Below are positions 10,032 through 19,130 of a DNA stretch of 64,000 bases, piece after piece. Positions within the stretch are counted from its first letter, which is position 1; each line of letters starts with the position of its first letter. Below the pieces are notes generated by a model. It ran no database searches, had not been told where the DNA came from, and saw only the letters and a program-made list of their open reading frames with translations. The stretch comes from Acidobacteriota bacterium (GTDB lineage Bacteria; Acidobacteriota; UBA890; WLXD01). The DNA is taken from NCBI GenBank assembly GCA_965205505.1, contig CBDBHB010000009.1:2528001-2592000 (forward strand), in the 5' to 3' direction. The position numbers and the translations under genes were made by a program.

Positions 10032-10970
10032 ATGCGTTGTTTGGTTACCGGCGCCGCCGGGTTCATCGCTTCGACGCTCGCGCAGCGATTGCTGTCGGAC
10101 GGGCACGAGGTCGTGGGCGTCGATGGCTTCGTGGCCAACTATGCAGAGCCGCTCAAGCGCGCCAACCTGGCCGGCCTGCTCGGGGAGCCTCGATTTTCCT
10201 TTGTGGAGGGCTTGATCGAGACCCTCGACGTTGAGCCTCTGGTGACTCAGGCGGACTACGTCTATCACTTGGCGGCGCTGCCAGGCGTGCGCTCCTCCTG
10301 GGGCGCGAGCTTCGAGGCCTACGTGTCGCACAACGTGTACGTCACCCAAAGATTGCTCGAAGCGGCGCGCCGGGTCGGGGTCGAGCGTTTCGCCTACGCG
10401 TCGTCGTCATCGGTGTACGGCGATACCGATGTGCTGCCGATGGTAGAGACCGGACGCGAGCGCCCACATTCGCCCTATGGAGTGACCAAGCTTGCCGGAG
10501 AGCACTTGGTACGCTTGTACCATCGCAACTACGGTGTCCCCACCGTCAGCTTGCGCTACTTCACCGTGTACGGTCCCAGGCAGCGGCCCGATATGGCCAT
10601 ACAGCGTTTTCTGACCGCAGCCCGGGATGGCGATCCGATCACGCTGTTCGGAGACGGCGAGCAGACGCGCGACTTTACCTACGTTGACGACACTGTCAGG
10701 GCGACACTACGAGCGGCCGAACGGGGTCGTCTGGGTGCTGTGTATAATATCGGTGGGGGGAGCACAGTAACGGTCAATCGCCTCATTGAGGTGATCGAAG
10801 TCGTGACCGGGAGTCGACTCGAGGTGCGGCGAGAAGGGGTCCAGCACGGGGACGTAGGCCACACGCTGGCCGACACGCGACGTGCCAACGAAGACCTCGA
10901 TTTCGTACCTTCGATACAGCTGCAAGACGGGATCGAACGCCACTGGAACTGGCTGCACGCCACGGACTGA
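10032..10970 (+). CDS. NAD-dependent nucleotide-sugar epimerase/dehydratase (UDP-glucuronate 4-epimerase-like)
   Basis: TGAAGFIA, ASSSSVYG, YGVTK, RYFTVYGPRQRPDMA, RDFTYV. Confidence 0.88.
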   Translation: MRCLVTGAAGFIASTLAQRLLSDGHEVVGVDGFVANYAEPLKRANLAGLLGEPRFSFVEGLIETLDVEPLVTQADYVYHLAALPGVRSSWGASFEAYVSHNVYVTQRLLEAARRVGVERFAYASSSSVYGDTDVLPMVETGRERPHSPYGVTKLAGEHLVRLYHRNYGVPTVSLRYFTVYGPRQRPDMAIQRFLTAARDGDPITLFGDGEQTRDFTYVDDTVRATLRAAERGRLGAVYNIGGGSTVTVNRLIEVIEVVTGSRLEVRREGVQHGDVGHTLADTRRANEDLDFVPSIQLQDGIERHWNWLHATD

Positions 10971-10990
10971 CGACGCGAGATCGACACACA

Positions 10991-11803
10991 ATGAGGGCTT
11001 CTCCGAGCAGGCTGCTGACGGGTGTTTCCGCCGCTGTGCTGGGCCTGGCGGTCTGGAGCTGTGGGTCCGCCGGCATGATACTGCCCTCCGACACAGCTGG
11101 CACCGCGCTCTTCGAGCAGGCCGAGGGCTTTCTTGCCGACGGCAAGTACCGCCAGGCGACCGAAGCTTTCGACACGCTGCTGCGGAACTATCCCACCAGC
11201 CCGCACCTCGCGGATGCACGCATCGGGCTCGGGCGCGCCTACTACGAGCGGAGGCGCCCCGGTTTGCTGTTGCTTGCGGTCGATGCGTTCCGGAATTTCC
11301 TCACCTACCATCCGTCGCACGCGCAAGTCGACTATGCGCAGTTGATGATCGCGATGAGCTTCGCACGCTTGATGCGAGCTCCCGACCGCGACCAGTCGCA
11401 AACGCGCGAGGCGCTTCGGGCCTATCAAGATTTCCAAGAGGACTATCCGGACAGCCGCTATCGCGATCTGGCGGAGACCAACATGCGCGAGGTCATCGAT
11501 ACGCTGGCGCAGCACGAGATACAGGTGGCGTCTTTCCAGCTCGGGCGCAACCGTTACACGGCGTCGCGGCAACGAGCACGCTATGCGCTGCGAAACTATC
11601 CGGAGACGTCATATCGTTGTGAGCTGATCAATTTGCTGGCGGAGTCGTACTGGCGCGAGGGGGACGCGCGGCAAGCGGGCGACTACTACCAGCGTCTCGT
11701 TGACGAGCATCCAGACTGCGAGTACGCAGAGGACGCTCACAAGAGGCTCAGCACGGGAGGCGCAGTCGGGTCGTCGAACGGAGACGGCTCCGGGATTCGT
11801 TGA
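10991..11803 (+). CDS. bamD: Outer membrane protein assembly lipoprotein BamD
   Basis: Lipobox WSC, TPR repeats with YP.S, DRDQ motif, LAQHEIQVA. Confidence 0.88.
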   Translation: MRASPSRLLTGVSAAVLGLAVWSCGSAGMILPSDTAGTALFEQAEGFLADGKYRQATEAFDTLLRNYPTSPHLADARIGLGRAYYERRRPGLLLLAVDAFRNFLTYHPSHAQVDYAQLMIAMSFARLMRAPDRDQSQTREALRAYQDFQEDYPDSRYRDLAETNMREVIDTLAQHEIQVASFQLGRNRYTASRQRARYALRNYPETSYRCELINLLAESYWREGDARQAGDYYQRLVDEHPDCEYAEDAHKRLSTGGAVGSSNGDGSGIR

Positions 11804-11824
11804 CCCCACACGGAGGGGAATCCG

Positions 11825-12670
11825 ATGCGTCGAATACCTTCGACCGCTCGCGCGGCGGTTGCGTTTGGCCTGCTTTGCGTCGCTGTGGCCCCGGCGGGCG
11901 GGACCACGACGTCACAGAATGTACCCAACACTAATGCCTACCTGGGGCCCGAGTGCTTTGCCACCGTCGTGCCCCACGGGAGCCTGCCCCTCGCCCGGGT
12001 CAGCGGCTCTCGCGAGCCGGGCATGCTTATGTACTCCACAGGCGATGAGATTTTCCTGCACGGCAGCGGAATGGGGCTCGGCGAAACATACCTCGTCTAT
12101 CGCGTCGATGGGATCGTGCGGCATCCCACCACCGGAGCTACGGTGGGCGAGGCCATGAACCTGATCGGCCGCGTCGAGGTGATCGATCTGGTGGAGGGTC
12201 GCGCGCTGGCCTTGGTGACGTCGGCATGCATCGAGCTCGAGGTCGGCGACCCGATACAGCCGTTGCTCCAACAAGACGTGTCCACGAGTGGAGCCGTTTC
12301 GCCTGTCGATCCGAACCGCCTGGTAACGCCCCGGGTGACCGATGCCACAGTGGTGTACGCCACCAGCAGCTCGATGTACAACCCTGCCAACGGCAGTCGC
12401 CAAAACATGGCGGTGTGGAACACGCACGCTGCCGGTGAAGTCATTACGATCGATCAGGGTCGCGCTGATGGTTGGAGGCTCGACACGCCGGCGCTCTTCT
12501 ATCTGGAGCACCGGGGGCGCGTTGCCGTCAGCAACTCGGTAAAGGACGAGCCCATTGTCGTCGGACAGGGGGTCGTGTTCTGGCTCCAGGAAACTACTGC
12601 CGCGCTGTTGATCACTGACGGTGACGGAGCGGTTGAGATCGGCTCTCGGGCGCGGCAGCACGGCCAATGA
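11825..12670 (+). CDS. Secreted hypothetical protein with beta-rich repeats
   Basis: RBS GGAGG, signal peptide, GC-consistent coding. Confidence 0.65.
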   Translation: MRRIPSTARAAVAFGLLCVAVAPAGGTTTSQNVPNTNAYLGPECFATVVPHGSLPLARVSGSREPGMLMYSTGDEIFLHGSGMGLGETYLVYRVDGIVRHPTTGATVGEAMNLIGRVEVIDLVEGRALALVTSACIELEVGDPIQPLLQQDVSTSGAVSPVDPNRLVTPRVTDATVVYATSSSMYNPANGSRQNMAVWNTHAAGEVITIDQGRADGWRLDTPALFYLEHRGRVAVSNSVKDEPIVVGQGVVFWLQETTAALLITDGDGAVEIGSRARQHGQ

Positions 12671-12714
12671 ATTACCCCTCGGAGGGCTGCGCGGAGCGTA
12701 TTAGGCTCGGGGGT

Positions 12715-13299
12715 ATGAACAAGAGGTGCGGGATGCGATACGGGTTGCTTGTCACCGGGCTCCTCCTGCTGGCCTACCCGACCGTGGTGGCTGCCGACAG
12801 CATCTACCTGAAGAACGGCCGGGTGATCCGTACGCAACGAAGCGAGGTGGTGGGCGACAAGCTCGTGTTCTTGCAATACGGCGCCGAGATCACCATTCCG
12901 ATGTCACTCGTCGATCGCGTCGAACCGGACGACGAGCTCGAGGAGGTTCCGAGCCCGGTGCGTCAGCCATCGCCGCAGGACGGTGATTCCGACGAGGACA
13001 CCGGTGGCACTGACGAAGGCGAACAGGACGAGGTACCTGCAGAGGAAACGCGGGGCTATTGGCGGGCCCGCGTCGAGGAAATCGCCAGCCAGCGCGCCGA
13101 CCTACAAGCGCAGATCGTCGAACATCGTCGCGAGGAGCGGGCTTTCCTCTTCTCGCATCGTTCGACAGCCGAGACGCGGCGCAAGATCGAGGCGGCGCAG
13201 CAGCAAATGGTGGAGCTCGACGAGCAGATGCGTGAGCTACGGCGTGAGGCGCGCCGCCAGGGCATCCCTCCGGGGTGGCTGCGAGGTCGGCTACCGTGA
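12715..13299 (+). CDS. Secreted hypothetical protein (DSIYLKNG N-domain, acidic linker, coiled-coil C-terminus)
   Basis: Signal peptide ending VAA-D; TAGGCT 7 nt before ATG12715. Confidence 0.7.
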   Translation: MNKRCGMRYGLLVTGLLLLAYPTVVAADSIYLKNGRVIRTQRSEVVGDKLVFLQYGAEITIPMSLVDRVEPDDELEEVPSPVRQPSPQDGDSDEDTGGTDEGEQDEVPAEETRGYWRARVEEIASQRADLQAQIVEHRREERAFLFSHRSTAETRRKIEAAQQQMVELDEQMRELRREARRQGIPPGWLRGRLP

Positions 13300-13608
13300 G
13301 CTCAGGTAAATGGCGCGCAGTTGGCCCAGGTGTGTGGGCAACACCAACGCCGCCAGCTCAACGGGTCCGAGATCGTCGAAAAAACGGTTCACTGCTCCGA
13401 GTCTCTCGCCCAGCGAGGACGACGATAATCCCTCGACCAGCCGTTCGAAGCGGGCGTCGGTCTCCGCCATCAGCCGTGCTTCCTCGAGGTCTTTCTTGAA
13501 TAGCTCGCCACCATCGCGATCAGAGAGCGTCTCGGAAAGTTTCTCCAAATCGGTCAGGTGCGCCAGGCGCGCCGCCGGGTCGCTGAAGTCGAGATCGTCG
13601 AATCCCAT
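13291..13608 (-). CDS. Small hypothetical protein
   Basis: Acidic, helical ORF; TATAAT 6 nt upstream of ATG. Confidence 0.6.
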   Translation of the reverse strand: MGFDDLDFSDPAARLAHLTDLEKLSETLSDRDGGELFKKDLEEARLMAETDARFERLVEGLSSSSLGERLGAVNRFFDDLGPVELAALVLPTHLGQLRAIYLSSR

Positions 13609-13614
13609 GCGGCG

Positions 13615-13624
13615 ATTATAGACT
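13615..13624. promoter_or_regulatory. Bidirectional overlapping -10 elements (TATAAT minus, TAGACT plus)
   Basis: Each hexamer lies exactly 6 nt from an ATG (13608 minus, 13631 plus). Confidence 0.6.
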
Positions 13625-13630
13625 CGCCCC

Positions 13631-14485
13631 ATGGAAGCTGACGATCGAGCTATTCGCCGGCGATCGGTAGCGCGCGCGCTGACCATCGCGGGCTCCGACT
13701 CCGGTGGCGGAGCGGGGATCCAGGCGGACCTCAAGACGTTCGCTGCCTATCGAGTATTCGGGACGTCTGCGGTTACCGCCGTCACCGCGCAGAATACCCT
13801 CGGCGTGGCCGCCGTCAGCATGATGAGCGCTGACCTGGTGCGGGCCCAGGTCGACGCCGTGGTCGACGATATCGGCATCGACGCGGCGAAGACGGGCATG
13901 CTCGGCAGCGCCGCTATCATCGAAGCGGTGGCCGAGGCCGTGCGCCGACATCGTATTGAAGCGCTGATCGTCGACCCGGTGATGGTCGCCACCAGCGGTG
14001 ACCCGCTGCTCGACGTGGACGCGGTCGATGTGCTGCTGCGCGCGCTGCTGCCGCAGGCGGCATGCGTCACCCCCAACCTCGCCGAGGCTGAGGCGCTCGT
14101 CGGCTTTCCGGTTCGGGACGCGGTCAGCATGGTCGCTGCCGGCCGAGCGTTACTCGACATCGGTGCCCGAGCAGCGCTGATCAAAGGTGGGCACTCGAAT
14201 GGAGATGCCGCGGATCTTCTACTTACCCCCGACGGTGAGACCTGGCTCCGAACCGAGCGGATCGACACCCCTCATACGCACGGTACCGGGTGCACGTTGT
14301 CGGCTGCCCTGGCCGCGGGTCTGGCGCGTGGGTGGACGCTACGGCAGGCGGCGCGCTCGGCAAAGCAGTTCGTATACGGGGCGATCATCGGCGCACCGGG
14401 CTTGGGGGGTGGGCACGGCCCACTCTGGCATGGGCACGATCGGCCGGTGTTCGGGCCGGAAAGCACGAAAGCCGCCGACGACTAG
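13631..14485 (+). CDS. thiD: Hydroxymethylpyrimidine/phosphomethylpyrimidine kinase
   Basis: TIAGSDSGGGAGIQADLKT, TAQNT, KTGML, DPVM, THGTGCTLS. Confidence 0.96.
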   Translation: MEADDRAIRRRSVARALTIAGSDSGGGAGIQADLKTFAAYRVFGTSAVTAVTAQNTLGVAAVSMMSADLVRAQVDAVVDDIGIDAAKTGMLGSAAIIEAVAEAVRRHRIEALIVDPVMVATSGDPLLDVDAVDVLLRALLPQAACVTPNLAEAEALVGFPVRDAVSMVAAGRALLDIGARAALIKGGHSNGDAADLLLTPDGETWLRTERIDTPHTHGTGCTLSAALAAGLARGWTLRQAARSAKQFVYGAIIGAPGLGGGHGPLWHGHDRPVFGPESTKAADD

Positions 14486-14497
14486 CGTCGGCGGCTT
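14469..14497. terminator. Hairpin between convergent thiD and tRNA-Ala
   Basis: Perfect 12-bp stem AAGCCGCCGACG / CGTCGGCGGCTT with 5-nt loop. Confidence 0.65.
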
Positions 14498-14503
14498 GAT
14501 GAG

Positions 14504-14576
<73 letters not shown>

Positions 14577-14613
14577 GCCCGGCGGTCCCATTGTAGCGGA
14601 TCTCGGGGGCTGC

Positions 14614-15129
14614 TTAGTTCGCCTCGAGACGGTGGCGCCCTGCGCTTGGATGCCGCATGCACGGTGGTGCTTGCGTAGCGATTTCCTGAGCTGCCGACGA
14701 CTCGTGCGCCTGCGGCTGTGCCTTCAGCTCGGCGATTTCCTCCTGCTTCGCTTCGATCTCCGCCTCCACCGCTGCGATCTGGGCGACGAGCTCGTCATAG
14801 CCCTCGACCCGCGATAGCGTCGGCCGCTTGTCGCTTGTTTTCTGGGCCTCGTAGACCAGTTGTCCGAGCCGTGAGGCGTGCTCAGCGACCTTACGCCGGA
14901 GCCCGTGGATCTCCAACTTGAGCTTGGCGATCTGGCCGCCACGCCGCGTCTCGCTCTCCACCTGGCGGGTGATGTCTTTAATCTCTTGCCAGATGCGATC
15001 GAGGTGCCACGATAGGTCTCGCTTCTCCTCACCGGCGGCCTGAGTACTCCGTGCCTCACCTGAGCTCTGCGCCTGTTCCTGCTCCTGCTCCTGCGTTGTC
15101 GTAGTTTGCTCCGCTTCTGTCATCATCAA
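14614..15129 (-). CDS. Coiled-coil hypothetical protein
   Basis: Q/E-rich N-terminus, heptad-like helices (IAKLKLEI..., IAAVEAEIEAKQEEIAELK). Confidence 0.65.
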   Translation of the reverse strand: MMMTEAEQTTTTQEQEQEQAQSSGEARSTQAAGEEKRDLSWHLDRIWQEIKDITRQVESETRRGGQIAKLKLEIHGLRRKVAEHASRLGQLVYEAQKTSDKRPTLSRVEGYDELVAQIAAVEAEIEAKQEEIAELKAQPQAHESSAAQEIATQAPPCMRHPSAGRHRLEAN

Positions 15130-15179
15130 CCCTCAGGGGAAAGGTGTTTGCTGGCGCCCCTGCTATTTAACCACCACCA

Positions 15180-15216
15180 CTAGTGGCCTGTAACAGATGA
15201 TCGTTGCGTATCGTGG
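15180..15216. repeat. IS/MITE end remnant, family B
   Basis: CTAGTGGCCTGTAACAGATGATCGTTGCGTATCGTGG closely matches 63376-63412 (7 mismatches in 37 by eye). Confidence 0.6.
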
Positions 15217-15282
15217 TGGCGAAATGGGTCCGGATGCCAGGCGCGACGCTGCCGGTGACCGAAGCGGTGGTTGCCGAGCCGC

Positions 15283-16581
15283 TCATCGGACTGCTCCGGC
15301 GCGCTCGAGGTCGGCTACGAGGTCGTTGCGAGCCTCGATGCCGACCGAGAGGCGCAACAGCGCGTCGTCGATACCAGCGGCCACCCGCGCGTGCGGGTCC
15401 ATCACCGCGTGGGTCATCGACGTCGGATGCGCCACGAGGCTCTCCACGCCACCCAGTGACTCGGCCAGCGCGAAATGTTCAAGACCGTCGACGAACGCTG
15501 CCGCAGCGGCCTTGCCGCCTGCCAGCTCGAAGCTCACGAGACTACCCCAACCGCGCTGCTGCCGCGCCGCAACAGCGTGACCGCAGTGGCCAGCGAGCCC
15601 CGGGTAGTGGACCCGCACGACGCTGTCGTGCGAATCGAGCATCTCGGCGACCGCCGTAGCGTTCTCCTGGTGGACCCGTACCCGTGCATCGAGCGTGCGG
15701 AGGCCGCGAAGAGTCAGATAGCTATCGAACGGGCTGCCGGAGAGGCCGAGGCAGTTGGCCCACCACGCAAGCTCCTCGAGAACGGCGGGATCCGCCGCCG
15801 CAGCGACACCGCCAACGACGTCGCTGTGACCGTTGATGAACTTGGTCGTAGAATGCACCACGATGTCGACGCCGTGGTCGATCGGCCGTTGCAGTGCCGG
15901 CGATAGCAGCGTGTTGTCGACCACGACCAGCGCTTCGCAGGAGCGTGCCGCAAGCGATAGCTCCGCAAGATCCGTGATTCGCAGCAGCGGATTGCTCGGC
16001 GTTTCGACCCAGATCATGCGCGGCTGCTGCGCAACGCAGGCCGCGATCCCACTGACATCGGTGAGGTCGGCGAACTGGACCCGAAACGCGCCGCGCTCGG
16101 CCAGCTTGCTGGCGAGCCGATGCGTACCGCCGTAGCAGTCGTTGGTGACGATCAGCAGATCGTCTGGTCGCAACAGCTGCAGCACCAACGTGACCGCCGA
16201 CATGCCGGAAGAGGTAACGACCGCGCCCGAGGCATTCTCGAGTTGCGCGATGGCACCGGCAAGCTGATCACGCGTCGGGTTCGATGTCCGCGTGTAGTCG
16301 TGCTCGCGCTTTCGCCCGAGGCCCTCGAAGGTAAAGTTCGCCGACAAGTGTAGCGGCGGCATGACGGCGCCATGCTCGCGGTCGGAACCGATCGCCGCGC
16401 GGACCGCGCGCGTCACGTGCGACACCGGAGCCCAAGTGTTGCCCCGGGGTCTGAGCAGCTCGGACAGCGCCGGTCCGGCCTTCTCCAGGTCAGCCAGAGG
16501 AGTGGGTGAGGAACCACTGGCGCAGAACGCATCGTCGCTGGAGGCACTATCGAGGGCTGCAGAAGCCGGGGTGAGGGTCAT
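15283..16581 (-). CDS. metB: Cystathionine gamma-synthase
   Basis: DYTRTSNPTR, TSSGMSA, ETPSNP, DNT, HSTTKFINGHSD (PLP Lys), AESLGGVESL; AGGAG RBS before ATG16581; downstream of a SAM riboswitch. Confidence 0.9.
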   Translation of the reverse strand: MTLTPASAALDSASSDDAFCASGSSPTPLADLEKAGPALSELLRPRGNTWAPVSHVTRAVRAAIGSDREHGAVMPPLHLSANFTFEGLGRKREHDYTRTSNPTRDQLAGAIAQLENASGAVVTSSGMSAVTLVLQLLRPDDLLIVTNDCYGGTHRLASKLAERGAFRVQFADLTDVSGIAACVAQQPRMIWVETPSNPLLRITDLAELSLAARSCEALVVVDNTLLSPALQRPIDHGVDIVVHSTTKFINGHSDVVGGVAAAADPAVLEELAWWANCLGLSGSPFDSYLTLRGLRTLDARVRVHQENATAVAEMLDSHDSVVRVHYPGLAGHCGHAVAARQQRGWGSLVSFELAGGKAAAAAFVDGLEHFALAESLGGVESLVAHPTSMTHAVMDPHARVAAGIDDALLRLSVGIEARNDLVADLERAGAVR

Positions 16582-16660
16582 CTCGTTTCTCCTCTGGAAG
16601 GTTGGCTCGGTGCCAACCCCCAGAGAGCCGAGACGCACCGGAAAGGCGTGAATGACACCC

Positions 16661-16781
16661 CCTCATCTTTCGGCGGACCGATAGCCCCCCGTAGGAGTTG
16701 GCACCACGCCGAGGGCTCGGATCGCCGTCAGCAGGTTGCCCCGGCTTCAAAGGGCCTGTCCCTCAGCCGGTCTCGATGAGT
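16661..16781 (-). promoter_or_regulatory. SAM-I riboswitch
   Basis: CTCATCGAGA...GAGGGACAGGCCC..TGAAGCC.GGGCAACC...GGTGCCAACTCC...GAAAGATGAG; extended -10 TGCTACCTT at 16796-16788. Confidence 0.93.
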
Positions 16782-17439
16782 GTGGTGAAGGTAGCAGAAA
16801 CGCGGGCGGCCCAGCAACTACGTTGCGAGACGAGGACCTGGGCTCAGGGAACCCAGGGTCGCGATGCCCTGGAAAGCCAGGTTACATCCTTGCGTAAGTC
16901 AGCAAGTCACCGGTCCATGTTTCGTCATAGGCTTCGAACTGGGGCGTGCCACTGCCGATCGGTACCTCGCGAGGCGTGCAAGGAGATGACAGGTCATGCC
17001 AGTCTCTCGACCCCGTTGTGCCGGAACAGGCGTTGTGGTCTCGAGCCCTGAGGCAGAGTGCTGGCGCGACTGGGTACGCTACCGCCTTCGAGTTCGAGAC
17101 CCTCTTGGAGTTTGTCTAAGAGGAAGCGGCCTGATCCATGCGGACAATCCTCAAGGACGGACCGCGGACGATTCGATACAAGAGCTGATCGCTGAGATCC
17201 AAAGGAAGGTCGCGCGCTGCGCCGGCGGGTCGCCGACGCGCTTGGGCTCATGCACGTTCCTGCCGTCGGGGCCGTTGCGGTTGAACGACTGAGCTGCAGC
17301 CGGACGGCACGGTGGGCCACCCTCCCGCGCTCTGTCGTTTCGCTTGCACCGACGCGGTCCTACCCGGCAAACTCAGGCACGACTTTCGGCGCACCGCGAG
17401 TCTCCGTAAATGCGTGGTTCCAAACGGTTAGGATCGCGC

Positions 17440-17537
17440 GGAAGCGAATAGGGTCTGGTGGCCTTCGCGGACTTCAAATCCGTTGGGGGGCGTCGGAAGG
17501 CGTCCTTGCTGGGTTCGATTCCCAGGCGCTTCCGCCA
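17440..17537 (+). tRNA. selC: tRNA-Sec(UCA)
   Basis: GGAAG 5' end, 6-bp D stem, CTTCAAA anticodon loop, long variable arm, TTCGATT T loop, GCCA end; TAGGAT -10 upstream. Confidence 0.93.
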
Positions 17538-17694
17538 TTTCTTTCTGCCATGTTTTCAGCGACTTACGCCACCTGCTGCAATCGCGACATAGCCGACAAG
17601 GTGTCTCTTGCGCTGCCATGCGCTGTCTGCGTGGTACGAATCGTGGTACGGATGGTCACGATCACGCACTGAGCCTCAAACGCCGAGGCGCTTG

Positions 17695-17749
17695 GAGCGT
17701 GGGCCTGAAAAGCCCTGCGTCGGTGGTTCAATTCCGCCCGATCCCACCA
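17695..17749 (+). pseudogene. 3' half of tRNA-Phe(GAA), probable att scar
   Basis: GGGC-CTGAAAA-GCCC anticodon arm, GGTGG-TTCAATT-CCGCC T arm, CGATCCC-ACCA; the matching 5' acceptor strand (GGGATCG) is absent. Confidence 0.75.
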
Positions 17750-17828
17750 TTAAATCCTTGCCCTGTAAGGGGTTACGGGAGATCGCGAGAACGCGCTTCG
17801 TCACTCCCGGGCGGACAGATCAGCATAG

Positions 17829-18251
17829 ATGAGCAAGATCTTCTTCTACGGCCTGTTCATGGATCGGTCGCTTCTCACAGAGAAGGGTCTCCACCCTGAA
17901 ACTGTTGGGCCAGCAGTGCTTTCCGGCTACCGAATCCACATCGGCGAGCGAGCGACATTGCTGCCATCCGGTTCGAGTCGGGCCTATGGAATCGTGATGG
18001 AGCTGTCGGACCAAGAAGCTCGCGCGCTCTACTCGGAACCGAGTGTTCGCGAGTACAAGCGAGAGCGCGTCCAGGTGGAGCTGTTGGCGAGCAACGCGGT
18101 TGTCGAAGCCTACTGCTACAATCTGCCTCGCGAGTTAGGCCTAGCCGGGGCGAATCCAGCGTACGCGAACGAGCTTGCGCGGCTAGTTGAGGCTCTACAT
18201 TTCGATTTGGCGTATGCCCAAGAGATCGCAGCGTTCGGGGAGAACTCGTAG
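17829..18251 (+). CDS. Gamma-glutamylcyclotransferase family protein
   Basis: IFFYGLFMD, ATL, YGIVMEL, Y.RERV pattern. Confidence 0.75.
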   Translation: MSKIFFYGLFMDRSLLTEKGLHPETVGPAVLSGYRIHIGERATLLPSGSSRAYGIVMELSDQEARALYSEPSVREYKRERVQVELLASNAVVEAYCYNLPRELGLAGANPAYANELARLVEALHFDLAYAQEIAAFGENS

Positions 18252-18429
18252 TTTCACATCGGCAGGCCCCCTGTGAGACTAGGCTGAATTACTCCGGAAT
18301 CTCCTCCCGAGGCTTTCGCCACCCAGGTCCCAACATTCCTTTGCTAGCAAATGTTGCTAGCTGGAAGGCCTAGAGTCCTACGGTCGTTTCCTAGATTCGA
18401 CGCCGAACTCGGGCACGGGGCTCCTGTCG

Positions 18430-19064
18430 ACCGCATCATCGGGGTGGTGGCCGGCAACCGCCACCGCGGACTCGACCAGCCCATCGAGCCCGAAGTGTTC
18501 ACCGTATTCGACCAGAGCCCGTGGGGAACGCTGTCGTTCGTGTTGCGAACGAAAGGCGATGCGCTGGCTCTGGCGCTGGCGGCACGGAGCGAGCTCTGGG
18601 CCATCGATGCCGACCTGCCGATCGCCTCGCTCGGAGCTCTCGGCGCGCATGTGCAGGGCACCACCCGGGCGCGGCACTTCAACCTCACGTTGCTCGGACT
18701 GTTCGCCGGCGTCGCCCTGATTCTCGCGGTCACTGGACTGTCCGGCGTGATCTCGTACTGGGTCACGCAGCAGACGCGGGAGATCGGCGTGAGAATGGCC
18801 CTCGGAGCCCGCAGCACCGATGTCATGCGTATGATCATGGCCCGTACCGGGCTGATGATCGGCGCCGGCATTACCCTGGGTGTGCTCGGCGCGCTAGCGC
18901 TGACGCGGTTGATGTCGAGCCTGCTCTACGGCGTCAACAGCAGCGACCCGACAACGTTCGCGACAGTAGCGTCGCTGCTGTTGGTGGTGGCGTTCATTGC
19001 CAGCGCCGCTCCGGCTCACCGAGCGACGAGGATCGATCCCATCGAAGCGTTGCGCGACCACTGA
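18430..19064 (+). pseudogene. C-terminal fragment of a MacB/FtsX-type ABC permease
   Basis: IIGVV..., LALILAVTGLSGVISY.V.Q.TREIGVRMALGA, LLYGV...DP, PA.RATRIDP.EALR; the N-terminal two-thirds is missing. Confidence 0.85.
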
Positions 19065-19130
19065 CGGCCGATCCGGGCGGCGCCTTCGCGTCGGCTCGTC
19101 AGAGCGGCGGGCGAGCCGACAATGGCTCGA

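Noticed and set aside
16800-17430. ORFs 16996..17292 and neighbours between the riboswitch and selC
   Set aside because: No recognisable motifs or clear start signals; cannot be supported.
17695-17749. Functional tRNA-Phe
   Set aside because: The 5' acceptor strand and the first half of the D arm are missing.
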